Below are positions 1 to 12,100 of a stretch of 64,000 bases of DNA, one piece after another. Position 1 is the first letter of the stretch. Each line of letters starts with the position of its first letter. The notes under the pieces were generated by a model. That model was not told where the DNA came from, made no database searches, and was given only the letters and a program-made list of their open reading frames with translations. Made by a program: the position numbers and the translations under genes. The DNA comes from Balamuthia mandrillaris (taxonomy: Eukaryota): NCBI GenBank assembly GCA_031835245.2, contig JAVKOQ020000080.1:124001-188000 (forward strand), in the 5' to 3' direction.

Positions 1-2156
1 ATCTCCTGCACTCCAGTAGAAAACCTCGGTACTTTTTCTTTCTCATTTTCATGTTTGTCGTGTACTGTTTTGTTCTTGTTTTTGTTTTTGTTTTGATGAT
101 ATTTCTTTCCAGCGTTTCGCTTGGAAAGAGTTCAGTGGACATTCAAGGACGTGAGTTTTGTCAACAATTGTCTTGGCATGTCCAGTCGTAAGTGCACCCG
201 ATACTTTATCTTTCTCCATCGCTTTCTCTCTCTCTCTCTCCCTCCCTCTCTCTCTCACTCTTCTCTCTCTCTCTCTCTCTCTTTCTCTCCTCTCTCTCTC
301 TCTCTCCTCAGGTCACCCTTTTTATACCTTTCTTCCATAGCGGATTTCCGAACGGCTGCTATTTCACTATACTGGACTGGCGTGGAAAGCGTTGGCGGAA
401 AAATGTTGTTCCTGAACAACGGGATGGACAGTGTCTTTGGTATCTATGGCGGATACCTCCATACGGATGGCACAACACTGGAGTTTGTCAATAATAAGGT
501 GCCGGTCAGCCTTGGTATGCATCGCCACTTTTTCCTCCTTGTTTCTTGTTGTTCTAACCTATCAAGTGCTGCCAAGTTTCGTACTTTAGTCCATACACAT
601 GGGAGACAACCGGCCTGATCGCCTTCAGAGGCAACAGGGCCAACAGCCTGATTGACTGGGATTCAAACTATGACAGCGGCCTGCCCAGCTTTTACAGTCT
701 TGTCCCTTTCGACACCCAAGATAACGACGTTAACGCAACCTTCTCCGGGTTGGCTGATACTTTGTGTTGCTCACCTTGCAACACCACTAGAGCAACTTGC
801 ATCTGCAACGACAAACCTGTGCTTTCTTGGACTATTTCTTCGGACCGCCTGCAGATATCGCACTCTGACTCCTCTCTCATCATTCCTTTGGTTCTTCCGC
901 TTCCTACCGACAATGACCTCACCATCCCAATCATCGTGCTCACTTCAGAGGGATTCCTTTACGGGCAACACTACCTCCTACAACCACCTCTTAACTCCTC
1001 ATCAGATATAGCTTTCCTCGACGTTGAGGTTCCTCAAAACGCCTCTCGGGCGGAGATCATCGTTACAAAGCTGGTAGAAGTGGAGGAAGAAGCAATCCTC
1101 ACGTTGCAAGTTGCACCGGGCCAATTCTTCAATTCTGACTTTTTCTTGTCCCGCAGCATGATTAACGTTGTCTTCGCTCCTCCTCCCACCACTCCTCCCT
1201 CCATCAACCAAACAGTCTACCAACCAGATGGAAGCGTCATCTCTGTCAGCTTTCCCAACAATGACAAACCAGATCATACGGTCATTCTTCATGAGGAGCA
1301 AGGCAACCGTCCGCTGGCCAATCGCTCCGTCACCGCCCAGTTTCTTACTTTGCAAGAGGTGGGCGAAGACGGACAAGTCATTGCGATTGTATCTTTGGCA
1401 GAAACAGAGTTTGTGGCAACAGAATTGGGCAACACCAGTTTCAACTTGAACCACGCTCTTCCCTTCATATCCTTCTCCGCTGAGATTTCTTCCATCCTCC
1501 TTGCAAACAATCAGACGGTGGACTTGGTGGAAGAGATAGTGATGCAAGTGAACTTCACGATGTTTGCAGAAGAGCAAGTGATCAACTTTGCGGGAGTGGA
1601 GCAGGTCATGGCAGCCAACACCCTCAAATGGAGCGTTTTCCTTTCCTCCTGGCCCTTCCAACCCCACAGCCATTCCTTGTACCTCCGCCTCATCCTCACC
1701 AGCCAAGATGGACCCATAGCATTGGAGACGTTGGACGAGGAGGACAACGGAGTGTTGGCTTTCACCCTAAGGACAGAGAACACGGAGATCCCTTTCAACG
1801 TTTTGCCTTTGGCGCTCGTAGATGAGGGCTTGGCAATGGAAGAACCAGCAGTGGCAGCAGTGTGGGAGGGCGAAGGACAACACTTAGTCATCCAGTTGCC
1901 ATGGTTCAACCACTCGTTGTTGTTGGATCCTGACATTTCGCTGTTGTTGACGGATGAAGCTGGCGAAGAATCTAATAGCGAAGGAGACAGCGAAGACTTA
2001 CTGTGGTGGAAGATAGCAGTGCCAGTGCTGAGCGTTGTGGTGGTGGTAGTTGTTGTGGTAGTTGCGGTCTCCGGCAGCATCTTTTTGAAGAAGCGAAGCA
2101 ATCATAGAAGATTGAAGGTAAAGCAACGCTTGGGTGCTAATAATACTGCACTTTGA
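1..2156 (+). CDS. Type I membrane surface protein, family copy A (5' end outside window; multi-exon)
   Basis: Spliced exons lead into ORF 750..2156: WxTTGxIxFxxN motif, Cys cluster CCSPC...CICND, FAGVEQVMAANTLKW, WPFQ, LLLDPDISLL, acidic linker, LWWKIAVPV poly-Val TM helix and a basic tail. The same motifs recur in the other copies. Confidence 0.85.
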
Positions 2157-2410
2157 AGTAACAATATTTGGTTGTGTGCGTTGGCAGGTGGCACGGAAAG
2201 CAAAGAAGTACTGTTGTTTTATAAGGATGTGGTTACTTTCGCGTTCCAAGGTCACGCTTTTATCATCTTCTTCTCCTTACCCAATCGTGTTTCCAACTAT
2301 AAGCAGGTGCTTCTCTTCCTTCGGTGTACGAAGGATACTCATTGTCGAAACACTCCCCACAGCAGTAATGCAGGTGACGCATGTAATGCATTAGATTTTT
2401 TATTTTGAGG

Positions 2411-4382
2411 CTAATAGTTTACAGACCCCCGACGGCTTATGTTGTGTATCTTTTGTTTTTTGGCGCGCCATAGGACGAAGATAACAACGGCAACAACCAC
2501 GACCAACAACAACACCGACACCAACGGAACCACAATCTTCCACCAGAGTCCATCGTCTTCATCGTCTTCCTCTTCCTCCTCGACTAGAAGCGACATATCT
2601 GGGTCCAACAACAAGGAATGCTGGAACCAAGGCAGCCAGATCACCACCTTTTGTTCCTCCTCCACCCACTTAACTACCACGTCTTCTCCTCCGCCATCCA
2701 CCACCGCCAAGGGCAGAACGTTGAACGGAATTCGCGTGTTCTCCGTTTCCAGCATCAACTGCTGCACCCCGTTCTTTCCTTGCTTCACTTCTTGATCCTG
2801 CAATACCACTGCTCCATCCAAACTGGTGATGAAGAGGTGGAGCTGCAAGGAATGGCTTTCATGTTGGAAGGGCCAGGCAGAGAGAAAGATATTCCACTTG
2901 AGAGTGTTGGCTGCCATTACCTGTTCCACTCCAGCAAAACTGATCAGCTGCTCTTTTGCAAACATCGTGAAGTTCATTTGCATTCGTATTGGTTGTGTAA
3001 CGTTCACTAGCGCGTCGCCTTCTTGCAAGGAGGTGATGTCGGTGAAGAAGGAGATGAAGGGAAGAGCATTGTTCAAGTTGAAGCTGGTATTGCCCAGCTC
3101 CTCCATCACAAAGTCCGTTGCTTGCAAAGAGGTCATCGCCACCACGCCGCCCTCTTCATCCACTTCCATCAGAGTAGCAAATTGAGCTGCGACAGAGCTG
3201 TTGAGTTTGTCCTGTTGTGGGTCGTAGATGGAGAGAGAATGATCCGGTTTGTTGCCATTTGGAAAGGCAACGGCCAGGGTGCTTTCATCTGGTTGAAAAG
3301 CAAGGAGGCGTGGGTCCAACACAACTTGGACGGAGCTAACAGAAAGAAAGAATGAAAGGAAGAAAGAAGGGTCTATGTCTGCAGTAATGGAGATGGTGGC
3401 CTCGGTGGGAAGCTGCACAAGCCTTTCGATGCGAAGCTCTACTTCAGTGACCCCATCCAAGGGCAGTTCTACTTCCACCCGTGAATCTCCGGTAATGTTG
3501 CTAGGGGCAGGTTCAATGCGAAAGTGTTCTTCATATCGCAGGTTCCCAGAAGAGACTTCCACTACCAGCGGAAGTTTTAAACTATCACCATACTGGACCG
3601 AAGAGGTGATGAGTTTAAGTACAAGCGTCGTTTCGGCTGCGGGTAAGTGAATCGAAGCTGAGGTTGGGCTAAACCCATCAGCCCAAGACAGCAGAGGGAT
3701 GTGATCGCATGAGCATACATCGTACGCGGGACCCTCACAGGGTACAGCACAGATGACATCGTAATCGCTTGCCCCGTTGAAAGTGGTTTGGGAGAGGATG
3801 TTGTTCTGTAGGTCAAGAGGTAGCAAGCTTAAAAAGCTGCCGCTCTCTCCAGTCGATATCAAGTAATCCGCAGTATTTCCATGAAATGAAATTGGTCCTG
3901 TGCTGCCCCATGTGCTGAAACCACTCATGTCCACTGTTGTCAGATAACAAAGTGAGATGAAGGAAGAATGAGAGAAGAAAAACGAAACGACAAGATAAAT
4001 GGAGAAGGTACTCATGGTATCTCCCTCATTGTTTAGGAACTCGGTGAAGGTTAGGTCTGTGATTATAACTGCTTCATCTAAATACAGTGTGGTAGTTTGA
4101 ATGTCTTCAAACAACAGCTCTCCTCCCAAACCCTTCGCTTGGACCTTCTGTAAAAAACCTGAAAATACAGTGAATAAGCGAACAGAATAAGTGATCCTTC
4201 CACAAGAATACAAACCTCCATGTGAACAACTAACAATGCTAACAATTCTTAAATTGTTAAATGTCCATTCCATATCTGATAAGTAGAGTGCTGCAGAGAG
4301 TAGAGTAAGAGGTACAAGCTTTTAAAGAGAGAAAGAGAGAGAGAGAGGAGAGCGGGGGAGCAGAGAGAAAGAGAGAGAGAGA

Positions 4383-4421
<39 letters not shown>

Positions 4422-5244
4422 GGGAGGGAGGAAGAGAGAAGCAGCTTATTTTACCGGATTCACCATTATCAACACAGTCTAGATTCGAAAGTTCAAGGTT
4501 GGTTGAAACGAATCGGTGGGCAACCGTTTCATTGCCTGTTATCTTCACACCACCGCCAGAGTTCCTAACCGTCACATTGGTCATTTCAACGTCCAGCGTG
4601 TGGTTGGAAGAGAAGTCGAACGCCATTCCTCCACACTCCACAATAATATTACGGAACATGAGGTTCATTGGCAAACCGGATGACGGAGGCAGCGTAAAGC
4701 AAGGTTGAGTGCCTGTTTGTCCTTTGAGAATAACATCACCCGCTCCTGTCCACTTCCTGTAACAGTTTCAACAACTCGTAAGAACGAAAAAACAAAAGAA
4801 AGGAGAGCAAACAAAACGAAAGGAAAGAACAAAGAAAGGAACAGAAACGACAAGCTAAAACCACTAATAAAGAGAAACCGAGAGGGAGCAACCACAAGAA
4901 ACAGTGAAGAAGACTCTACCTTAGGACCAAACTTTGTGAGAGAAGCACAGAAGTTGAAAAGGTATATTCTCCAGTGGCCAACCTATACTCCTCAAAAACA
5001 TTCTCTGCCAACAAAGGGAACGGGTCGGCACAAGGATCGGTTTGTGGGCAGTTTGAGCCAGCATTGGTGGCTTCAGGATTAAAGTATCCTTTTTTTTTTT
5101 TTTTGGTTGTTATTATTTTGGCCCGCACAACAAGAAGAACTACAAGGAGAAAGTTTTAACGAGAAACACACCGGTCTGAGCCCACGCCACCACGACGCAC
5201 AGCAACAGCGGTAGCAGCAAACCTCGCAGCAGCAGCAAGCACAT
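2411..5244 (-). CDS. Type I membrane surface protein, family copy B (multi-exon)
   Basis: Signal-peptide exon MCLLLLLRGLLLPLLLCVVVAWAQTG (ATG 5244). Exon 2 GYFNPEATNAGSNCPQTDPCADPF...EYRLATGEY. Large last exon with FAGVEQVMAANTLKW, LLLDPDMSLL and LWWKIVVPLV TM; stop at 2411. Confidence 0.85.
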
Positions 5245-5432
5245 TTCCCGTCCACGTTTTTCTGTCTGGCAATAAGTACGTTGTAATGGTGCTACGATTC
5301 CTTTGTGTAAAGGCTTAAGCATCATTCCAGACTCTCTCCAACGAGATCCACATTCAGCGACCAGAGCTGGTTGCTGTTAGCCGAAACTCTCTTTAAAAGG
5401 AAGTTTTTCGATCTTTGGTGCTTTGTATTTAA

Positions 5433-6539
5433 TTACAGGAGGAGGAGAGGATTTTGGGTGAGCCAGGCGAGGTGGACATCGTCCAAGTGGTTGTCAAAGT
5501 CGTTGAGCAGGAGGAGGCAGCGGGAGGGGTCCGACAACAACCGCCGCAGCTGCTTCCTGTCCAACTCTTCGTCGGGGTGCGGCGCCACCAGCCCTTTCTT
5601 CTCTTGCCATTTGTTGCTGTCTTTGATAAAAGCGCGAAGCGGGAGGGCTGTTGTGTTCTCTTCTGCTTCGTTGGTCGCTTGCTTCTTTGGCTCTTCCAAC
5701 TGTTCGTTCGGTTGAGAGAAAGATTAGGAATGGGCAACAAAAAAAAAACAAAAAGCAAATAAGAAAGGGAAAAGATGTAACACGACTGAATATCATCAGG
5801 AAGGGGAGAAGTTCCCTTGCAAAAAGCAAGGGAACAACAGGACCCGATGAAAAGCTAAGTGTGTTTTCTTCATGTTTTCTTTCTCCGTTGAAAAAATAGA
5901 AGTGTGCCATTCGTTTTTCATGTTTTTAAAAAACAAAAAATACCACGACATCTCCTGAGTGTAACGGATTTCACGGCCAGACACACAACACTGATTTTAA
6001 AAAACAACGCACCAAAAGGGCAATACTCTTTGGATTCCATAGGCATAAGCGATCGGCAATTTTTTGGGCCAACGCTCCAAACTCGGTGTCAGCAGCAAGC
6101 TCGTTTGCGTGGAAATAGCCCAATATTTCTTGGCCTTGTTTTGCGCAGTACTCTTCAATCTAAAGGGGATCGAAAGAATCCACAAGTTAATAACTGTTTT
6201 TGAGAAGAAGGGGAAAAAAAAGGAAGTGAGACGCACCAAATGCATCGCTACTTCAAGAAGAGGGGCAAGAGTGTGACCATGAAAAAGGGGGATATAGTCC
6301 TCAATGACCGCATTGTCTGTTACGAAAAAAAAAGGAACAAGTAGTGAGCAAAGGTGTGTGTGTGATTCAAAAAAAAATAGTGAGCGATTGAAAAAAAAAG
6401 TTGTTTGTTCCACGCACCTACCTCCCTTGGTGCTTTCGGTTGTTCCCACGAGCACTCCATTCACTGCCTGGTGAGGATACTTGGCCGAGTGCAGCAGCAG
6501 CTTGGAGTAGGCCAGCGGCCGAATCGAGTAGCGTGGCAT
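5433..6539 (-). CDS. EMC8/9: ER membrane protein complex subunit 8/9 (UPF0172, MPN-like), multi-exon
   Basis: YSKLLLHSAKYPHQAVNGVLVG, IEDYIPLFHGHTLAPLLEVAM, and C-terminal LNDFDNHLDDVHLAWLTQNP are typical of EMC8/9. Confidence 0.9.
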
Positions 6540-7111
6540 GGCTTTGCGTGTTTCTGTGTGTGTGTAAAAAGAGAGGAATAACAAACGAAAGAGGAAAAGG
6601 GGGGAAAAAAATAAAAAATAACTTCTCCACTCCGAAAAGAGGGTTCTTTGGCCAGACAAAAGTGCGCTCTGTTGGATGACGTCAGCTCTACCGCAGGATT
6701 GTCCGCCAAAGGTGTGACGTCACCGCCCACTTGTGCGATACGAAGGGGGGTGAGATTCCGTGCAAGTTCGTCTGTCGGTTCATCTTTTATTTTTATTTTA
6801 TTTGTTCTATCACCTAGATATGGGACAGCATTTTAACGCCAAGCCACCGCAAAAAGAAGAAAGGTCGCGATAACCTTCCTCCCGCAAATAGACAAGAACG
6901 CAAAGAAACTGTTCCTTTCGCGCACTTCCCTCCAAAAGGAGTAAAAGTGTCACTTTGGTCTGGGATAAGGTTTTGACCAAGGTGTTCATTCCTTCAAAGG
7001 TTTAGCGTCCGCCATGGCTTCGATCCATCCCTAACAAAAACTCGAAAGGAGTGATCCTCTCTTCTTTTTATACCCCTCATACCATAACCTTTTCTTTATG
7101 GGACAATTGGG

Positions 7112-7143
<32 letters not shown>

Positions 7144-7163
7144 GAGAGAGAGAGAAAGGATTG

Positions 7164-8974
7164 TTAGTGTTCCTCTTTATCCCCTCCATCGTCGCTTTCT
7201 TCCTCATCCTCGCCACCACCACCAAAGGCGCTTTGGATGGCCTCAGCGGAGGCGCGAACGTTTGCTCTGCTCTGCTGCAACCGCTCCTGGAGACGGTCCA
7301 AGCGCTCTCTCTCCGTCCTCACGAAGCGACTGTAGGGAGAGATGGCATCGCGAATGGCGGAGAGATGCTCTTCCAGCTCTTTGTCGAAGCGGTTTTGCAT
7401 GGCTTTGCTGAGATCTTTGCGAAGTTTTAACACCCTCTCATTGAACTGTCTTTTGAGGTTTGCTCTGTGTTGTTTCATGACATAAAAGTAAGGGAAAGAG
7501 AGCAATGGAACACAGCGGAGAGGAGTAAAGCGAGGGGGAATAAAGGAGACTGAGAGAACGAGAATAGAGAATAGCGAAGCGATAGATCTTTCGAACCTTT
7601 GAAAAGGGAGGATGCAAAGACCGGTGGCAGCGAGAGCAGATACACCCATGATGCCAGTAACGTCAAACAAGGACATTGTGATCAATGCACCAATGCCAAT
7701 AGCACCTGCTTCCACCACCGCTGTTGAGTACAGCGCCAACTGGACCTATTATTGTATATTATTTGCATTAACTAACAAGAAAGGGTAGAGAGATAACAAA
7801 GAACAACAACAAGAAGCAGGAGCAAACCTGCTGCGAGAGTTTAGCAGCCTCTTTGCTCTTGTCATAACTGTTGACAACTTCTTTGGTGGCAGAGCCAATG
7901 CTCTCCAACAGCTTCTTGCGGTTGTACTCAAAGTCCACGTTCACATTGCCAACCATCCTTCCGCTGTTTACGTGAAGCGATGCTTGTTGTTGGGCATAAT
8001 GCAACACTCGCTTCCATTGACGAGAGTTCTTTTCGACCATCCAGTCGATGAACTCGCTGACATGCCGGTCGATGGTTGTGGCGGTCTCGCCTACTACGTC
8101 TCGTTCGAAGCTGGTTTTTACTTTGTCGGGACTTATGATCTGTAACATGTTCGTAAGGCGGAGCCGTTCTTCAAAAAAGTTATCTCCTATCACGATAGAA
8201 AGGTAAGGTAAAATGATACGTAAGAGAGAGAGCGAGAAAACAGGAGCTCAATGCCCAACCCACAAAAGAACGCACAAACAAGCAAACAAACAAAAAAAAA
8301 AACGTACCTCTGTCCGAAAGTTCAAGTAAGGCGTTGTCCAAGCGACTATGTTGAAATACAAAGTCCTTCCGCATGTCAGCCTTATATTCTTCCAATTGTG
8401 CCTCAATGGTTTGAATGGTGCTCACGTCTTTCTGCACCAACTTTACCCTTTCCGCAAGGGCGGATTCATACTTGGCGATGAGATTCTCTGCCACTCCCAA
8501 AGGATTACGCAACTTGAGTTTGTTCCTTTTGCCAACATCCAACGTCGAAAGGATATAGCTTTCTAGTTCTGCAAACCTACTACTCTTCCATAATCGTTCT
8601 TGTTCTTCTTTTGCGTCTACGTTCCCTTCGGTTTTGTTTTCGGCGATGCGCAGTTTTGCTTTTAGAGCTTGTTTGCTGCTGACGGGAAAGATTTTAGGTT
8701 TGAGAGAGAGAAGGTCGTTCAGTCCTGTGCTCAGAAAGGATTTTACTTGCTCAAGCTCTTGTTCGTTCTCAAGGTTGTCGATCTTGGATAGTACTACCAC
8801 CACTTTTTTCTTCCATTGTCGAATGTGTTCTAGGAATTTGTGCTCGCTCTCGCTGAGCGCTCTGTCCACACTTGTTACAAACAATACCTACAGAAGACAT
8901 AAAAAAGCAAAAAAGAAAAAAAATATGGCGAGTTAACACCTCTGCAAGATAAGAGGAGAAACAGATGAGGATTG

Positions 8975-9015
<41 letters not shown>

Positions 9016-10352
9016 TAGAGAAACAAACCAAATCACTTCGAGGAATGAAGTTTTCAGTTATTTGTTGATGGGATGTAAACACAGCATTCGTTCCTTTGTG
9101 GTATAAGTAAGAAGAAAGCGAGGAAAACAAAAGAAGAAGATGAGCAAGAAGAGAGAAGGGATACCGGGAGTATCAACAAGGTTAAGATCTTTGAGCCAGT
9201 CAACAGGCACCTGTACAATCTCCCTGTCTGGATCATCCTTTGGCACGTGTCTGCTAAACTTTTCACCATATCTCACCGACATTATCTTTGTTGTAGTTGG
9301 TGTCACTCCTTTTTGTTTTGTAATAGGTTACAGAGAGAAAGCTAACGAACAAGAGTACTGCGACATAAACAAAAGAAAAACAAACAAGCAGAAGAACGAA
9401 GGAGGAGGAGGAGGAGGAGGAGGAGGAGGAGAGGAGGGAGGAAGGAGGAAGGAGGAGGAGGAGGAGGGAGGAAGAGAAGAAGCAAGCAGAAGCAGAAGCA
9501 GAGGCAGAAGCAGAAGCAGAAGCAGAAGCAGAAGAAGAAGAAGAAGAAGAAGAAGAAGAAGAAGAAGAAAGAAGAAGAAGAAGAAGAAGAAAGAAAGAAA
9601 GAAGAAGAAAGAAGGAGAAGGAGAAGGAGAAGGAGAAGGAGAAGGAGAAGGAGAAGGAGAAGGAGAAGGAGAAGGAGAAGGAGAAGAACAACACGAAGGA
9701 GGAGGAAAAGAACAATAGAAACCTTCAGCGAGGTACTTGTGCCCAAGCATGGCGTTTAGCAAAGAAGACTTGCCGCTGTTGTACTCCCCAACGACGACCA
9801 AAAGGAAGAGCTCCTCCAGGTGCTGGATGCTGCGGCGCAGGAGGTCCCGGTCCTCCTGGCTGGCCTCCATGGCCTCCAGGTCGGCGTAGAGCCGCTCCAG
9901 GCTGCGTATCTCTTCGCGCAGGACCTTGTCTTGCCTCTCCGTCAAGATCTTCCGCAGCTTTGTATCATCGCTTTCCTTCCTCTATTCATTTTTTCAATCA
10001 ATTTAAATGGAAAGAAAAATAAAATAAAAGGGCAACAAACAACCTCATCGAAAGATGCGGCAGAGGCAGAGAAGAAACGTCGGGCGCACCGATCAAAGGC
10101 GGCGTGTGAAGGGGCAGAGAGAAGCTTGTGCTGGTGGAGGAGGCCCGTTCGAAGCGGTGGGCTCTTTGGACGATGATGACGCTGGAGGTGGAACAAAGTG
10201 GAGCGAGAATAGGAGGAGAAGGTGCTGCGATACGGTGAAGGAGAACAAGCATAAGAAGCAGAAGAAGCAAGGAGAGAGCAACGCGGTGCTCTCCACAGGC
10301 TCGCTGGCCCAGCAACAGCAGCGACACTCGCCTGCCGCTTCATCTTGCGCAT
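7164..10352 (-). CDS. FZL/bacterial dynamin-like transmembrane GTPase with N-terminal organellar presequence, multi-exon
   Basis: G1 VVVGEYNSGKSSLLNAML, G2 GVTPTT, G3 LVDTPGTN, FIPRSDLVLFVTS, G4 LSKID, coiled-coil stalk, C-terminal hydrophobic hairpin (GAIGIGALITMSLFDVTGIMGVSALAATGLCILP) and a terminal coiled coil. Confidence 0.85.
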
Positions 10353-10729
10353 ATTTTGCTGGAATTACACGTCGACAATTAAATCTTGCATTTTCAGAGT
10401 ATTTCAAATGCCTTTCGTTCTTCACAATATTCGAATTTTTTTCATTACTTAGATGCTTTAGATTCTTTACATTTTGAAAATTCATCAAATGTTTTTTCGT
10501 TGCCGACGACACGAAAAAAATCTTTTCAGCTGCCCAATCGGAAAATAGCGTCGCTTTTATCCGAATACTAATTAATATGAAGAGCACTCCATTGGTTGGT
10601 TGTCCTCATCATCATGAAATTGTGCATTCGTGGAACTTCACTATATAAAATTTTTTTCTTGCTCAACTTTTTCTCTTCCGTGTCTCACAACCTTCTGACA
10701 ACACACTTCTTCCGCGCAACTCACCAAAC

Positions 10730-11214
10730 ATGCCTGGCATCGTACGTGCTCTCTTTTGAGCCGCCTTTTCTCCTGTCGGTTTAACATTTTTGCTTCTCTC
10801 CCAACACAATATATGCAGGGAGCTATCAAGCACAACAAGACTGTTCGTCTCGTGGCCAAGAACACTGGCAAGTCCCTTCGCGGCTTCCCTGACGGCCATG
10901 TTGACGGCCACGGCAAGCAAGGCCCCCGCACCCAGTGGTTGGTGGAGCAGGCCGACAACGGCACCTTCAAGTTCAAGAACATTAAGACCGGCAAGTACCT
11001 TCGCATCGACAAGGACAACAAGAAGTTGGACGCCGACGGCACTGGTGGCCCTCAGTGCCGCTTCAAGGTCTCCGAGAAGGAGGGCTTCGCCATCTTGGAG
11101 TCCGAGAAGCTCTCCAGCCACCGCGTGGGTATCCTTCCCTCCGGTCAGCCCAAGGACGCTGGAGACGTCGGCCAAGGCGACGCCGCTCGCTTCACCGTTG
11201 TCAAGGTTGCCTAA
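10730..11214 (+). CDS. Small single-domain beta-trefoil protein (fascin/actin-crosslinking or lectin-like)
   Basis: ATG 10730, intron 10742..10818 (GTACGT..CAG). Three internal repeats (NTGKSLRG...QWLV; KTGKYLRI...RFKV; SHRVGI...RFTV). Strong C/G-ending codon bias suggests high expression. Confidence 0.7.
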
Positions 11215-11394
11215 ATCTTGAGAACACATACAAACGAAAGATCCATGTTAACAAAAATAAAAGCGCTGGTCTTGTCGACCTGTCGTTTGTACCACCAACC
11301 CCCCCTTTTTTCTTCTTTCTTCTCCTTCTTTCTTTCTCGCTCTCGTACTTTTCCATTGGTTCATGTTGCAATGAGCAAGTTGTGTTTTTATTCT

Positions 11395-11757
11395 TTAGTC
11401 TCCTTCCAACAAACTGTCTATCAAAGCCTTCCTGCCCTTAGCGCTTGACTCTGCCGAGGTGATTAGTAAAGATACTTTGTTTTCGCTTGTCTCAAGAAGA
11501 CAAAAAAGTTCACGTACTTTGTAGGAACAGTGCCTGTCCTCGTTCCTGTGCGAACGAATAGCCTGTATCTGTAGCACGCGTCAAGGAAAACAATCGAAAG
11601 AATAAAAGCGAAGGTTTTAAAAGAACAACATGAAAGGATACAACGAGATCGTTTCTTTCGCAACTTCTTGCCTATGATCTTATGTTGTACTTCTTGCACT
11701 ATATGTGATCCTCGTGGAAGCATAGCCCGGCTTATGCTGATATGTGTTCCAAAAGGT

Positions 11758-11803
<46 letters not shown>

Positions 11804-12055
11804 GGAGAGTTGAAAGAACGTACTATTTCCAGGTAAAGTCTCGAAGGAGAGCGACGACAACAATCACAAAGGTGGCGAGATAGAACATCGGCTGCTCCAA
11901 AAGGCGATAGATGACAAAGTAGACATCATCTCCCAGAGAAGCAAAGTGGAGAGCATCTATGCTGTGCCATACCACCAAAAACACAAAATAGACCAATAAG
12001 CTGCCCCATAGTGCTGTATGATGCAACCAAGTCCATGATCTGAAGAATACGAAGT

Positions 12056-12100
<45 letters not shown>

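Noticed and set aside
6938..6992. Hairpin in the dynamin-like gene's 3' region, superficially SECIS-like on the minus strand (ATGAA-stem-AAAA...GA)
   Set aside because: The GA quartet does not align with the stem, and I saw no in-frame TGA in the upstream gene.
9095..9163. Intron donor GTATCCCTT in the dynamin-like gene as a third U12 intron
   Set aside because: It mismatches the GTATCCTT consensus and has no clear CCTTRAC branch site.
9140..9746. Long low-complexity ORFs (poly-G/R/K/E, poly-S/F/L)
   Set aside because: They are translations of intronic microsatellites; the same applies to ORFs over 17350-17720, 36555-37060 and 41260-42010.
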